The notes under the pieces are model-generated. The model did not search any database. It was given only the letters and a program-made list of their open reading frames with translations, and was not told the DNA's origin. A stretch of DNA of 63,214 nt, filler included, from Octopus bimaculoides (taxonomy: Eukaryota), in assembly GCF_001194135.2 (NCBI RefSeq). It is 8 parts of 8 records of this genome, joined end to end, with 100 filler letters (N's around TTAATTAATTAA, not from the genome) between each part and the next. Parts side by side here need not be neighbours in the genome. Positions count along the whole stretch, not along the records: positions 27,928 to 45,196 come from NC_068992.1; positions 45,297 to 49,112 come from NW_026352598.1; positions 49,213 to 51,656 come from NC_068981.1; positions 51,757 to 58,238 come from NC_068983.1; 4 more parts are not named here. One strand, 5' to 3'. Positions 37,301 through 51,789 of the stretch are shown here, one piece after another. Position 1 is the first letter of the stretch. Each line of letters opens with the position of its first letter. The translations under genes and the position numbers were made by a program.

Positions 37301-38866
37301 TTTTCCATAGCTCAACTAGATAAGATTTAAATTTTGCATATTTAATAAAATTCCATATTGCTTTTTCAGCAATTATTCTGAGAAATAATTCCTTTTTATT
37401 TGACTCACGTATATAGATTCCTTTAGAGTTTTCTTTTTACTTTGTATTGCCAAGTTTGATTCTGATAAGGAAACATTTGACAGCATAAAACATTGAAGCG
37501 CATAGTCAATCCATTCCTTGATTGCTGGTTCTAACAGTTTTCCATCTTTCAAGAAATTTCTAACCATACAGCTACAATATAGTTGGCCAACATCTATCTA
37601 CAGGTCATTTTCATTTAAATAACCTGTCTCATTCTTTCTGCAATAAATCTAGATAACTTAAGCTAGCTGCAAAACAGTGTTTACTGATTAAATAAACCAA
37701 TTCGTCTATAGTTGAGTTATACATCTTTTTACATAATTTACAAATATACTTCTATGGTTATTTTCTGCGATAACTTTGATTAACTTTAGCTGGTTGTTAA
37801 TAGCAATTATTGATTAAGTTAAATGATATGTTTATTGTTACATTGTAACTGCCATAGTGTATACGTATTTTTGGTCTCAGAGCACTTCATATCATTTTAG
37901 CTTTCGAATGGTTAGGCAAGCAGGCCAACATTCCCTTTAATCAGAATGCTGGTGCCGTATAAAAAGCACCCAGTGCACTTTGTAAAGTGGTTAGTTGTAG
38001 GAAGGGTATCCAGCCATTAGAAATCATGCCGAAACAGACAATGGAGCCTGGTGGGGCTCCCAGCCTTACCAGCTCCTACCAAATTATTCAACCGATGCCA
38101 GCATGGAAAACAGGCATTAAATGATGATGATACATAGAGACATACAGACAACAAGCTGCCGCACATTTTTCATCTGCCAAATTCACTCACAAAAGCATTG
38201 GTTGGCCCAGAGCTATACATTTGTTTAAGGTGCTATGCAATGAAATTGAACCCAGAACCATGCAATTTCAAAGTGAAATGATTTATGTGTCTTACTCTTA
38301 GTGAAGGACTCTACATAAAGGCTAGACTAAGTATCGAACTCACAACCATGTAGGCAGTAATTTACTGCATTAACCATCCAACCATTGTGCTTCTACTTGT
38401 TTAATGTGAAAATTGCCATCCGGTTTCACCAGTCCTCAGTCAAATCGTCCAACCCATGCTAGCATGGAAAGCGGACGTTAAACGATGCTGATGATGATAA
38501 TGATGATTACACATCTGTCTCCACAGCTATATATGAGTTAATTCCATTTCTATTTTCTATTAAGTTTATTTATATTTCTCTGTGCTTCACTTTAACGATA
38601 TAAGTGTCATTATTTGTTTCTGTTAATTCTGGCAAGTTTATTTATTTAATTTCCTAACTAAATGCAGTGACATGTCCTGTATTTTGTACTCAAATCTTCT
38701 CAATTTGGTAGTTCATGTCATTGCTGTGATTAATCCTGTCTACACAGTTAATTTTGTTATTGTTGCTTTTTAACTTGAAGCAAACCTGTAATCAAGTGTA
38801 TTCCAGTCATGACTATCCTGTCTTCTAAGAAATATCTCTAAAATTATGCTATCTAATCTGTAATGT

Positions 38867-38943
38867 GGCCGCCATCTTGAGAAGTGCCATTGTGCATGTG
38901 CAAGGAACTTGCCATCAGTGGAAGTACCCGGGCACGCATGCGT
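38867..38943. promoter_or_regulatory. Candidate promoter-like patch (YY1-like and NRF1-like motifs)
   Basis: ggccgccatcttg (38867-38879; YY1 consensus on the minus strand) and gcacgcatgcgt (38932-38943), with local CpG retention in a CpG-poor segment. No transcript evidence. Confidence 0.35.
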
Positions 38944-40717
38944 AAGGCAACAGGTGGAGAGAGAGAGCAATAGCGTTCGATCTCTTCTCTCTCTAGCAGC
39001 GGTGGTGACAACACATATCGCTTCTTCTTCTTCTTCTTCTTCTTCTTCTTCTTCTTCTTCTAAACATTTTATGTATTGTCTCCTTCAAAATAATTTAATA
39101 ATGATTTCTAAAGTAAGTACAAAGCCACAAATACTAGGCAAGTGATGTAGTTAATTAAACTGGACTTGGTACTTCCTTCTCTTTGTTTGGCTAATAGCTA
39201 TAATCATAATTCTTTTAAATCTTGTGTTGATCATAGTTTGGAGTGCAGTTTCTCATTAGTTAAACTAAATGAGTTGCTTGAGGACTTTTATATTGGTAGT
39301 TCCTTGCCGTCTCATTGGGAGCAAATTCCAAGATAATTATTTTTAAGCCAAGGTAAACTCTATACATTCACTTGGTCTACTAGAACTAGCAGCCAAAGCT
39401 CTCTTCATATCACAGCCTACTAAATAAAGAATACATGTTTACAAAGTAGTTCTTCATATATTTACAAAATGATGGGATGGTCAAGGCTGAAGCTCACTGC
39501 TTTTAACATAATGTTGAACACATTAGGTAATGCAGTCCACAGTACACTATATCAGAAAGCAAGACAGTATGTCCATGCTTGGAATACTATTTGATCATAG
39601 ATCAGCTCAACCAGAACTAATCTTGGATTAAACTGAAGTTCAATTCATTATACGAAGTCACATGACCAAAATTCCCTCTGACACTTTCTCTCTCACTCTA
39701 CTAGTTCTATCAAATAGGCAATAATCAATGAAGTTTGGGTGTTAGTAACAACTGACCACATGATTATAAGTTCCAAATTTCTCAACAGCCATTGCGATGT
39801 GCACCTGAACAAGGCAAGTAACTCTGCTTCAATTTTGCTTGCAAAAAAATTGAATTCTGTTCCTGTTCACAATGGCAGGAATAACATCCAGCTGTATAAA
39901 CAATTGCCCTAACAAAGATTATGCCACCCACATCCAACAAGCTACAAGTGTGTGCGTGTGTGTGTTTATAGGCATTTCAGTGAGTCTAGAAATGAGTTCA
40001 ACTAATAACCATTATATTCTGTCTTAAAAAAACAACTCAGGGAACTTGCTAGAAATAGCAATCAAATCTTACTCAGATCACACCCAACCAATTTGAAAAA
40101 GGAAGGTAGGTGACGCAATGGATTATGCGGTATGAGTAGACTGTGCCTTGAAGCATTTTTTTAAAAGCAGGATTGATTGTGATTAGAAAAGCTATGATCT
40201 TAGGTTTGCTTAACCAGGATTGAATTGGGATTTTGAAATTTGGCAAGACTAGAAGACATTTTCTTCATAGCCATTTAGCTTGTTAGAAACACAAGCTAAT
40301 TATATTTCTAGATACACTTTGCCCTCCTAGAGCCAAGGGAGCATTACTGTCTGGAACTTTTCTCCTGGTAGGGGCTACCCTTAGCAAGTCGGTCTCCCTT
40401 GGAGGTTCCAGACTAACAGTGACCCACAGTACATCAGCTCATCACCAAGATGGCAGCTCTATTCTGAAGAGGGCCAACAACCTACCCAGATGAACCCTCA
40501 ACTTGTTACGACACTGACTAGATGATACACTATGTCTGAGAAAAAAAACAAATGAGACAGTTATGGTTGGAACACCGTTGCCTTTAGGCATGCCTTTTCA
40601 GAAGGTCAGTTGAACTAAACAACATCCACAACATTAATTCAAGGACTATATAGCACAATATAACAGCTATTCTATGAGAACTATTTATTTATTTTTTTAT
40701 TTTTTTAGGGTTTAGAC

Positions 40718-40955
40718 CAGTTGTGCTCAACTGGGTTCCATATGGCCCTTGGGAACCCACATTTTGCTGTTAAAATTTATGCACAATAAATTGGACATAC
40801 ACAAAATATTTTAACAAATTTTTGATACAGTTAATAACATTTACTTATAAAAATATAAAGGGACTTTTTTAAACATTGAATGTCTATTAGGGTCCAGTAA
40901 AGTAAAAAATAGGAATCAACAGGGTCCATAGGCAAAACATGGTTGAGAACCACTG
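40718..40955. mobile_element. hAT (Charlie-like) MITE with TIRs and 8-bp TSD
   Basis: Left end cagttgtgctcaac, right end gttgagaaccactg (TIR consensus CAGTGGTTCTCAAC); flanks gtttagac / gtttag(g)ac. Confidence 0.85.
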
Positions 40956-42814
40956 GTTTAGGACAGAGGAGAAAGGGACAGTGCAAATGACCCTTTCCAG
41001 GGATGTTGGGAAGAAAGAAGGTATTTATCATTTTAACCATAGATTTGGCTTTTTAAATTATATTTTTAGCTAGAGACCTGGCCCAAACGCTTGCAGCAGA
41101 TTAGACTCCACTAAAAGCACCCAAGTATGAGGTGGTGCTGTTAAATTGAATGACAAAGATACTGGTTATTATATTTAATCTTTAATCAATCTTCAAAATA
41201 TATCCCAATATATTTATTGTTGAATGTAAATGAGCTGAAAGTCTCAATCAATCATTTTAATCATTTGAAATAGCAATACAATAAGCATGGCTCTAAGTTC
41301 AAAATCTTGATACAGAGAAAATGTTTCATTTGGAAAATAAATAGAAAATTTAAAGACATTTAATGCATTTTAAATTGAAGACATTTGAAACTTAATTGTG
41401 ATTTATTAGATTAATTATATTAAACACTTAAGGTGAATTTTAGTTAGAAAAAATTTCACATTGCAACACAAATAGGTTTTGTCTTTCCAGAATTGTAAAC
41501 TAATATTTTCTTCGTTAAATTTCATTATGTTTAATTTAAGGGATATTTGTTCTAGACAAGTGAAACAGAAGAGCCTAGAAACACACTGAAAGATAAATAA
41601 AAATATTATAATAATCCTTTTCAGAGTGTTAAAAATATCATTCTGACAAGACAAAAAAAACAAGATATATATTATATCTACAGATATTGAACACTGTTTT
41701 ACCGAATATAGACTAATGAAAATATTTCAATTTCATGAAATAATTTAATTATTTCTTGTGTAATTTTTGTTTCTGAGAAAAATAATAATAATAGTAATAA
41801 TTATAATGATAATGATAAAGTGAAATCTTACAGAGTCTTTTAACAAAAATAATGATTTGTCACTTTGTTTCAATATTTTATTTAATATTCTAAAAAGAGA
41901 AAAATAAAGAGACAAAACTGTAAAAATCAGATAAAGTGAGTGAAAATATAAAAGCAAGATAATTTAATATTTAAAGTTAATAAGTATCTATCACTCACAT
42001 CTACTCCTGATAAATTGGTGCCAGATAATTTTTCATTACAACTATGGCTTGTCAAATATTTTCTCATAAAAATATAGTATTTGTGTATAATTTTTCGGAC
42101 TATTAATTTCATCTTTAGAGATAAAAACTTATTTTTATTTTATTTATTTATCTATTTGCAGTATTTACATTTTACAAAATCTTTTGATCACTGATTCTCA
42201 TCAGATGTCATTGACTTAGGGGATAAAACCATTATTACCCTTAGTTTGGAAACAAAGGGTCCTGTCTGGGATGACGAATAAGATACATAATGATAAACTG
42301 AGATCAAACTGAAGCAGAGCGTAACTGTGAATGTAAATATTGTAAAAAAAAAATATTAAAAATATTAAAAAATTTTTTAAATACTAGAAAAAAAACACAA
42401 ATCCTTTTATCTCCAAAGATGAGGTTAATATTCTGTCACTCTTTTACTTGTTTGAGTCATTGGACTGCAGCCATGCTGGGTCATTGCCTTGAAAGCTTTT
42501 TAGTTTATTATGCTTCTCTCAGTATTCAATTTTAAGTCTGATTCTTATCTGAACAATCTCTTTTTGTCTCATCATTTATTAAGACACCATTTTGTTTGGG
42601 TTTTTTCCAATTATTGTCTTTTCAACATGAAGGCAGATACTGATAGATATATAAACACACACATATAGTTTGAAGTTACCAATTTAACTCTCAAAGCATC
42701 TGTCATACTATGTAAGGGAATTGAATTCAAAACCTTGAGGTTTCAAGGCAAATTTCTTAATCACACAGCTCCATACCTAACTGATCAAAAAATGAGTATC
42801 TTATTAATGATAGA

Positions 42815-43215
42815 TGCAGGTGTGGCTGAGTGGTAAGAAGCTTGCTTCCCAACCAAATGGTTCTGGGTTCAGTCCTATTGCATGGCACCTTGGCAAGTGT
42901 CTTTTGCTATAGCCTTGGCCAACCAAACCCTTGTCAGTGAATTTGGTAGACAGAAACTGAAAAGAAGCCAATTGTTTATACAGATATATATGTGTGAGGG
43001 TGGCGGGAGTTGGGATCTTCATTTCTATGATTACCCCCACTGCTTGACAACCAGTGTTGGTGTGTTTATGTCCCTGTAACTTAGTAGTTCAGCAAATGAC
43101 ATCAGTAGTACATGTACTAGTATTTTAAGAAATTAGTACTGGAATTGATTCATTCAAATAAAATTCTTCAGTGCCCCAGCATGACCACTATCTAATGACT
43201 GAAACAAGTAAAAGA
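42815..43215 (+). mobile_element. Composite SINE copy (older)
   Basis: Same two modules as 14032-14415 with CpG decay. Confidence 0.75.
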
Positions 43216-43491
43216 TAAATGGTAATACTATATGATAATGAATAAATATGCAATTATGGATTTAGAAATATACATTTTTTTTTGTATATATATATATATA
43301 TATATATATATANNNNNNNNNNNNNNNNNNNNNNNNNNNNNNNNNNNNNNNNNNNNNNNNNNNNNNNNNNNNNNNNNNNNNNNNNNNNNNNNNNNNNNNN
43401 NNNNNNNNNNNNNNNNNNNNNNNNNNNNNNNNNNNNNNNNNNNNNNNNNNNNNNNNNNNNNNNNNNNNNNNNNNNNNNNNNNNNNNNNNNN

Positions 43492-44430
43492 GTTTTATTA
43501 TGAGTGAGGATCTTGTATTCAACTTCCAGCAAAATTCCATTACTTTTTAAGATACTTGGCTTTTATTGTGAATATATGAAAGTATTGATATATTTTAGAA
43601 ATAATATATTCAATTCAATATCCACTCTTTCTACTATATGGTGGACACAGTTTAAAATACATGCAGGTAACCCATTCTAATTAATGATCTCTTTTGAAAT
43701 ATTTTCTTCAAATTTGTAAATACTTTATAGCCATCTTCATTACACCTGTGTTCTCTAAACAATGTAGTGCACCTGTAAAAGAAACACATTTCTTAGAGAA
43801 ACCATTTTTCTCTAGAGCTTCCTTTACATAATTAGTGATTGTGTCTCTAGTTTCATTAGGTGTGTTCTTTAACTCAATCAGCTTTGACTGTAAACCACCA
43901 TTCTTCCAGTCAAAGTACTGAATAATTACAGGAAATATCTTTATTGAATTGTGATTACTTCCATCTGTAGCAATTCCACAATATGCTATCTCATTTTCTT
44001 CAACATTTTTCAAGACAGCATTAACAGAATGCAGTGCAAGCGCAGAATTAACAATTGCTTCTGTTTTTGTTTGAGCACTAAAAATCTTCTTCACCATCCA
44101 AAGATAGTTTGTTTATTTTATTTTTTTTTTGTGTGTGTTTTGTGTTTTTTCTTTGTTCTATTTTTTAGCTTTTTTTTTTTAACCCAGGCAAATGAACAGA
44201 TCGTGGGTATGTCTAAGTAATTTCTGTAGCAGTGACAATATTTTCACTTTTACTACTAGGTTTGAAAAAACAAATAATGTATCAGTTTCATTGATGAGCT
44301 CTCTTCTTAAACTGCTTTCTTATAATTGTCTGCATTCATTTGTGTTTGCTAATCAGCAATATACAGTCCTGGTTTGCATACCAAACACTGCATTTCATAT
44401 TCATCTTTGCCTCTCTTAAACATGGGAGTT
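43492..44430 (-). mobile_element. Degenerate hAT transposase
   Basis: ORF 43708-44097 QTKTEAIVNSALA...ATDGSNHNSIKIFPVIIQYFD...LQSKLIEL..TPNET; upstream EYEMQCLVCK (BED-like zinc finger) and downstream FCWKLNT / VEYKILTHNK. Confidence 0.8.
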
Positions 44431-44809
44431 TGGTCTGCAACTCTACAGAGATTTTACACTCTCGTTCAGGCAATTTGTCCACATGGTTTAGAGTTTCATT
44501 TTAGAAATATTCATCTAAAATATACAACATAAATCTATTAATAGTCAGTCATTACTCAATCTCAAATAAAGCCAGACAACAGATACAGAACCAATCTAGA
44601 CGATTCATCAAGCCTGCTTCTTCACTGTTCTTCATTTAAATCTCATTAAATACAGCTGGATATACTGGTAAATGGGTGAACTAACACACTCTTCAGCATA
44701 GAAGTGACTGTACGCCTTATGAGAAACAAAATGAACCTTGTGCCTTAAGCAGAAACTATATAAAAAAGGAATTTGTACATTAAAAGATAAACTATTCTTT
44801 TAGTCTTTT

Positions 44810-45125
44810 ATTCTTTTACTTGTTTCAGTCATTTGACTGCAGCCATGTTGGAGCACCACCTTAAAGGGGTTTTAGTCAAAGAAATTGACCCTAGGACTTA
44901 TTCTTTGTAAGCCTAATACTTATTCAATCAGTCTCTTTTGCCAAATCGCTAAGTTGCAGGGATGTAAACACACCGACGTCGGCCGTCAAGCAATGGTGGG
45001 AAGACAAAGACATATACATACATATATACATATACACGACAGGCTTCTTTCAGTTTCCGTCTACCAAATCCACTCACAAGGCTTTGGTCAGCCCAAGGCT
45101 ATAGTAGAAGCCACTTGCCCAAGGT
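44810..45125 (-). mobile_element. Composite SINE copy
   Basis: Reverse complement of the 14032-14415 modules. Confidence 0.75.
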
Positions 45126-45157
45126 AATAGGCATTACTTACCAAATACTAACAGCAG

Positions 45158-45196
<39 letters not shown>

Positions 45197-45296
45197 NNNN
45201 NNNNNNNNNNNNNNNNNNNNNNNNNNNNNNNNNNNNNNNNTTAATTAATTAANNNNNNNNNNNNNNNNNNNNNNNNNNNNNNNNNNNNNNNNNNNN
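45197..45296. other. Artificial scaffold-joining spacer
   Basis: 44N-TTAATTAATTAA(45241-45252)-44N. Confidence 0.95.
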
Positions 45297-45331
<35 letters not shown>

Positions 45332-46394
45332 GTAGCTATGTGCGTGTGTCTGTCTGAGTTTGTCCCACAACCACTGCTTCATAAATAGTGTTGGTGTGTT
45401 TACGTCCCTGTAACTTAGCAGCTCAGCAAAGAGTCTGATAGAATAAGTACCAGGTTTAACAAAAAATGAGTACTGGGGTTGATTCATTTGACTAAAAATT
45501 CAAGGCAGTGCCCCAGTATGGCTGCAGTCTAATGACTGAAACAAGGAAAAGATAAAAGATATGACCTCACTTGGAAACAGGTGAGACAGGCATCCAGTGG
45601 TTGAAAATCTGCCTCAATGAATTTCCATGCAAGCATGAACATTAAAACAATAATGATGATGATGAATATTAGAATTTACCTTATTTGATAATGTTCATCA
45701 TACCTTGTTTCGATAATCCCATAATCCTCATAAACAAGAATTTGCTGTAAACATTAAAATTTGCAGAGCCATCTGACCCAGAAATAAGTAGATGTAGGAA
45801 AGCCATTCAACAAGCTCTCATTCTACATCTAAAACTTACAATGAATGTTTTCAGTGATCTCCTTTCAAAGAGATGTAAATAATATTGTCTGCATTTGTAT
45901 GTATGTACACAAATAAAAAAATTGAGGAGGGGTAGGGATGGTCAGCAATAATTTGCTTAGCAAACATATCAATATTATTTGGTCTGGCTGAAAAGACATA
46001 TTCAGCAGGAGTGAGTTGAAATGTGGATGAGAGGGAGTTGCAGAGGAAAGAATGGGAGAGACCTTTCCAGCAGCCTTCACTACACACTAACACAATCCAC
46101 TCCTGCAGATAAATTGCTCTAAGAGATAAGAAGACTATAATGGCTAGAAACCATTTAACCCTTTTGTTACTATACTTTGGCTTCTAACAAAATATACTCT
46201 TACTCATTTCAGTCATTGGACTGCCTTAAAGGGTTTTAATTCATCCACTCTCAGTACTTATTAATTCTTATACTCGTTATTAAAGCAATCTTTGTCTCCT
46301 CATTTAGAAAGAACTATCATAATCATCATCATTTGACAAATACGTCAAGCATTTCTTTACTGGAATCTCAAAGAATTAATTACATTTTGAAACA

Positions 46395-46770
46395 CAGGCA
46401 TGGCTGTGTCATAAGACACTTGCTTCCCAAGCACATGGTTCCTAGTTCAATCCCACTGCATAGCACCTTGGGTGAGTGTCTTCTACTATAGCCTCAGGCC
46501 AACCCAAGCCTTGAGAATGGATATGGTAGATGGAAACTGAAAGAAGACCATTGTGTATGTGCATATGTGTGTGTGTTTTTGCAGCTGTTTTTGTCCCCCA
46601 CCACTGCTTGACAACTGGTGTTGATATGTTTACATGCCTGTAACTTAGCAGATCAGCAAAAAGGACTGATAGAATAAGTACCAGGCTTTTAAAAAAAAGT
46701 ACTGGGGTCAATTCAATCAGCTAAAAATTCAATATAGTGCTCCAGCATGGCCACAGTTTAATGACTGAGA
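46395..46770 (+). mobile_element. Composite SINE copy (older)
   Basis: Head caggcatggctgtgtc..., internal TG run, 3' module. Confidence 0.75.
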
Positions 46771-46944
46771 CATAATGCAATCATCTCCCATGGTTAACAA
46801 TACATTGGGAGAAAGCTTTAACAAGTAGACAACATAGCATTGTTAATTTCTGGAACGTTACCAAATCTACAGGTTGATGAAATCCATCAATGTTTTACAG
46901 ATGCAAATATAATTATTATTATTATTATTATTATTATTATAAGT

Positions 46945-47825
46945 GAAGGTGATGGACTGGCAAAAATCATCAGAATGTAAGAAAAAACTGCCTTGTGGTA
47001 TTTATCCTGGTCCTTTGCATTTGAAGTTCAAATCTTGCCAAGGTTAACTATGCCTTTTAATCTCTCCAGAGTTGATAAAATCAAGTACTAAGGTCAATGA
47101 TATTGATTTCAAATTTTTGCACAAGGCCAGTAAGTTGATTACATTGACCCCCCAATGTTCAAACTGGTATTTATTTTATCGACCTCAAAAGGATGAAAGG
47201 CAAAAACTGACCACAGCAGAATTTGAAGTCAGAACGTAAAGACAGATGAAATGCCATCAAGCATTTTGCTTGGCATGCTAACAATTCTGCTAGCTCGCTG
47301 CCATACTGGGGTCAATGATATTAACAAACAACTTCACATGAAAATAGTGAGCCTTGTGCCTCAATTAGAAACAGTTATTCTAATAAGCAGTATGGCAGTG
47401 AATTGGCAGAATCATAAGACCATCAGACAAAATGCCAGGAACTATTTCTTCTAGTTCCATATGTTCTGGGTTAAAGTTCTCGCTGAGATAACCTTTGCCT
47501 TTCATCCCACTGAGACCTACGAGATAAAGTACCAGTGAAGTATAGGGTTGTTTCAATCAACTAACACGGTCCCCTAAAATTTCAAGTCTTGTGCATATGT
47601 ATACATATCGATTTCACATTTTGGCACAAGGCCAGCAATTTCAGGGAAGAGAACAAGTTAATTGCATCAACCCAGCATTCAACTGGTACTTATTTTATCA
47701 ACCTCAAAAGGACAAAAGGCAAAGTCAACCTTGATGGAATTTGAACTCAGAATGTAAAGACAGATAAAATATCACTAAACATTTTGCCCAGTATGTCAAC
47801 GATTCTGCTAGTTCACCACCTTGAC
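46945..47825. mobile_element. Cluster of four CpG-decayed SINE family A copies in alternating orientation
   Basis: Copies at ~46945-47095 (+), 47105-47305 (-), 47390-47600 (+) and 47610-47825 (-). Confidence 0.75.
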
Positions 47826-48531
47826 ATAATGTAGGATCAAGAGGAATTCAAACACTCGACCTTCAGTTTACTAGACTGGCACTCTAGCCAGCTGAGCTCT
47901 TGAGTCACATTTGTACACACACACGCACACACATTACAACCAATTATTATAAGTAGTAGTAGTAGCAAAATTATAAGTAGTAGTAGCAGCAAAATAAATC
48001 TTGATGGTAGAGAATGTGTCACAAAACATTGGATGGCTTATATCACACACATGTATATGCAGTGGTCATCCTTCAGGTTCCTCCCACCAGATCTACCCAT
48101 AAGGCTTTGGTCAGCCAGAGGAAATTACAGATATCACTTGCCCAAAGTACCAAGCAATGGAATTAAACTGGAAACCATAAGGTTGGAAAATGGACTCCTT
48201 AACTATACAGCCATGACCGCACATATTCTGTGTGTATATGTGCATTTCTAAACCACGTGGTTCAGAGTTCAGTGCCACTGCTTGGCACCTTGGGTCAACC
48301 AAAGTCTTGTGAGCGGATTTGATAAATGAAAACTGAAAGAAGCCTGTTGTACATGTGTGTGTGTGAGCGCGCGCGCGCGCGCGTGTGCGTGTGTGTGTGT
48401 GTGTGTGTGCGCGCACATCAGTGTTTGTCCAGACAGACAGACAGACAGACAGACAGATAGATAGTTAGACAGATAGATAAAAAACTACTAGTCTATTCAG
48501 ACTTCACTTTTCAGAGTATAGATATGCACAA

Positions 48532-48576
<45 letters not shown>

Positions 48577-48953
48577 AAAGAGAAAGAAGAAGAAATATAG
48601 AACAAAGAAAAGAAAAGCACAAACGAATTATTACCATTTATGTATTATATGAAACCAAAGGGAAATAAGCATATGTATGTATTGATATTTTGTTTTTGTT
48701 ATATTACGCTTACTGAAAACAAAACCTGTACAAACAGGAAGGTATATCTTATAATGGAATTTACACATTTTTAAACATTGAGTAGAATTTATGAATAAAA
48801 AGAAGACAAGAATTCAGACATCAATGGAGAATTATCTCCCATGCATTAAAGCTCTCAAAACTACACCAAACCCGACATATTCTCACTGAGTCACTCCAAA
48901 GAACATTTTATAACTATAGTGTGTGTATATATATACATGTGTGTGTGTATGTA

Positions 48954-49003
<50 letters not shown>

Positions 49004-49112
49004 CATACATACATACATACACACATACACATATATATACATATACACGCATACACACACACACATATATATACATTTATATACACGCACACACACACAT
49101 ATATACATACAC

Positions 49113-49212
49113 NNNNNNNNNNNNNNNNNNNNNNNNNNNNNNNNNNNNNNNNNNNNTTAATTAATTAANNNNNNNNNNNNNNNNNNNNNNNNNNNNNNNN
49201 NNNNNNNNNNNN
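49113..49212. other. Artificial scaffold-joining spacer
   Basis: 44N-TTAATTAATTAA(49157-49168)-44N. Confidence 0.95.
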
Positions 49213-49699
49213 ATATATATATATATATATATATACACGGATTTTTCGAAATTCCCCACAATCTGTGCCCTGGCACATTCCCAAGAAATGAACGCTTCTT
49301 GTCTACGAGAAATTTGGCTAAAACAATGTTCTTGCTGAAGCTACCTGCCTGTGTGTTCCATCGGTCTCTCGTCTCTTACATCTGTGAATGGGGGGGAAAA
49401 AACTGCGCGTTCGAATATAACAACTGATGTGTATTGTTTGAAGAACGAGAACCGTAATGTTCAGTTTTAATTCTTCATCTCTTTTATTGTTACGAATTTA
49501 TATTTAGAAGGGACACTACTATTTTAGGGAAAGAAAGACAAGTTACATTGACAAGTACTGTTTATGAAGGAAGAAATTTACGTTCATTCATTGTGCAAGT
49601 AGCGAATGTTTTAGTTCTAGGGTAACATTTCTTTTTACAATCTAGCAAGCTGACAGAGACGTGACGATGATTATTGCCATGATCAAAATTTTGGCGGTT

Positions 49700-50715
49700 G
49701 TCATGACTCGTTGCTCATATCCACAGATTCGAATTCTTTTATTGTGTCCAGAACAAATCTTCCTGGATAAATCTATGGTGAAATTCTGGGATGTCTTATA
49801 ATTTGATTGGCCATATTATTGTAGACGTCATCATTCATTTTGAAAGATCCTGTTTGTTAATGCACACTTTATTTGAAAAGAAAACATTCGGAGTTAAAAC
49901 TCAGGTAAAGATCTGCTACTTTATTGAAATTGATAGCTGATGCGGGAAGGTTCGATTATTGTCTGGTATCACTTGCGGTGGATGTTTGCCAAGAGAGGGG
50001 TGAGCAAGAATGTTATATATCCATAAAACTCGTAAAGCAAATTACACAAACCAAAATATATGCTTCTCATCCATTCCACTCATCGCCGACTATATCCATG
50101 CCGCTTTTATCGGCAACAATACAAATTTTTGATCAAGAATAACGAAAATATCGAGGTAAGCGTTTTCCACTGTTTTCTGTCTCTAAATATTAGGCCAAAA
50201 TATGGTTGGAAAACCACATTTTCTGGTAATCAAATAGCAGGCACTAGTATGATCTGTCAGAGAACTGATTCTAGTGTTGTTAACATACCGTGTCTGTTTA
50301 ACCCAGAGTTATCAGACGGCTTTCGTACCCTCGCAACTTAAGAACTATTTTCGCTAGCAAGTCTGGCGCGAGTATAAATAACAACTATTCTGAACGCATC
50401 ACCACATTTACTGCTGTTCCCGTCAAGTCCACCGACCTGCTGCTATCCAGTCGAAGAAGGGCGTTCAGACCACAAACCCGAAATAATTTCCCAAGTAATA
50501 TTCCCATTCTGCTTTATTCGGTCCTACCGAAGCATGCGTACACTTCGTTGCTGTGAAGAAGCCTGTGCGGACTGTGTGCAGGAAATAGTGGCCTCACTGA
50601 TGGTCACCCTATCCAAATCCAGTGATTTAAAATTATTAAGTAATTGAGTTCGCTTCTCAACCGATTCCAGACCATGTACATTTATAAAATCGAGTCTTAC
50701 TATGAGCATGTTACG
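49700..50715 (-). mobile_element. Degenerate L1/Tx1-clade LINE, AP-endonuclease region
   Basis: Minus-strand INVHGLESVEKRTQLLNNFKSLDLDRVTISE (NVRGL...D...ET motif) and LDGNSSKCGDAFRIVVIYT (FRxVxVYAP motif). Confidence 0.65.
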
Positions 50716-51656
50716 TGGAGAATAAGTAGAGGCCGTTTATCTTCGTCTAAAGAAATGTTAATACACTATTCTTGGTGAGACAGGAGGAGATTCATTGGAA
50801 GGCCTTTCCAAAAAGCTATTATCCGCTAGCACGTTTAGCACACGATCTTTATTACGGAAATATTTATAAGACAGCCTCGAGATGTTTACCTTATACAAAC
50901 CGGACTGCTATCTAATTCAGAACACGTTCATCTGTTTTTAAGTATAAGTGGTTTATAAGACTATGTAAGCCATGTAGCAGATATCGAATCGGCAGCACGT
51001 TCTAATAATTAACACACCTGATTCAAAGAACATCTCTACACACGCGCATCTTCCTGTTTAAATGTATTATATTTGATTTTAATTTACAAAGTAACATTAT
51101 AATTTAAAAAGGTACCATCATTGACACACTAGAATACTTAAAAAATGAGAGCCAGAAGTACCAATATAGCTAAAGTTTTATGCAAAGTAGCATAGTATGT
51201 ATGGTAGGCAAATTCATTATGTAAAAAATACGCATTGTTCAAGACTAAGAATGTGAAGACATGACAATAACTGAAGCAAATTTTACTGTTAATTTGTTGT
51301 TAAAGGTAGATTTTACTGTTATATATAACTAATTTTTGTATTTATGTACTATTTATGTACTACTAATATTTTTATAACCTATTTTCAAATTTCTAATTAT
51401 TAATTAATAATTTTTAAAAAAATGACTATTTTAAAGTGCATAAAAAAATTTTGAGTTATTTTTTAATTTTAAATAGAATTAACAAGTAATAGCAAATAGA
51501 AGTAAAAGCTTGTAATAAAATTTTAAGTTTTAATAAATGCTAATATCTTCTAAATCTAAATATTTTATTTGAAATTTTATCCTGAGCTGTGATATTTTAA
51601 GTAAACATTTTCTTGTTCTGTACTTCACCAGATCTAATAACTTGTCCTAAACTTTT

Positions 51657-51756
51657 NNNNNNNNNNNNNNNNNNNNNNNNNNNNNNNNNNNNNNNNNNNN
51701 TTAATTAATTAANNNNNNNNNNNNNNNNNNNNNNNNNNNNNNNNNNNNNNNNNNNN
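51657..51756. other. Artificial scaffold-joining spacer
   Basis: 44N-TTAATTAATTAA(51701-51712)-44N. Confidence 0.95.
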
Positions 51757-51789
51757 CGTTGAAACAAAAATCCAGAAGAAAACCAAAAC

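Noticed and set aside
45772-45880. Possible host exon EPSDPEISRCRKAIQQALILHLKLTMNVFSDLLSKR
   Set aside because: Weak acceptor and donor sites, no recognisable homology and no compatible neighbouring exon.
51240-51656. Extremely AT-rich tract
   Set aside because: No repeat unit, ORF or organelle-like gene; it sits at a contig end.
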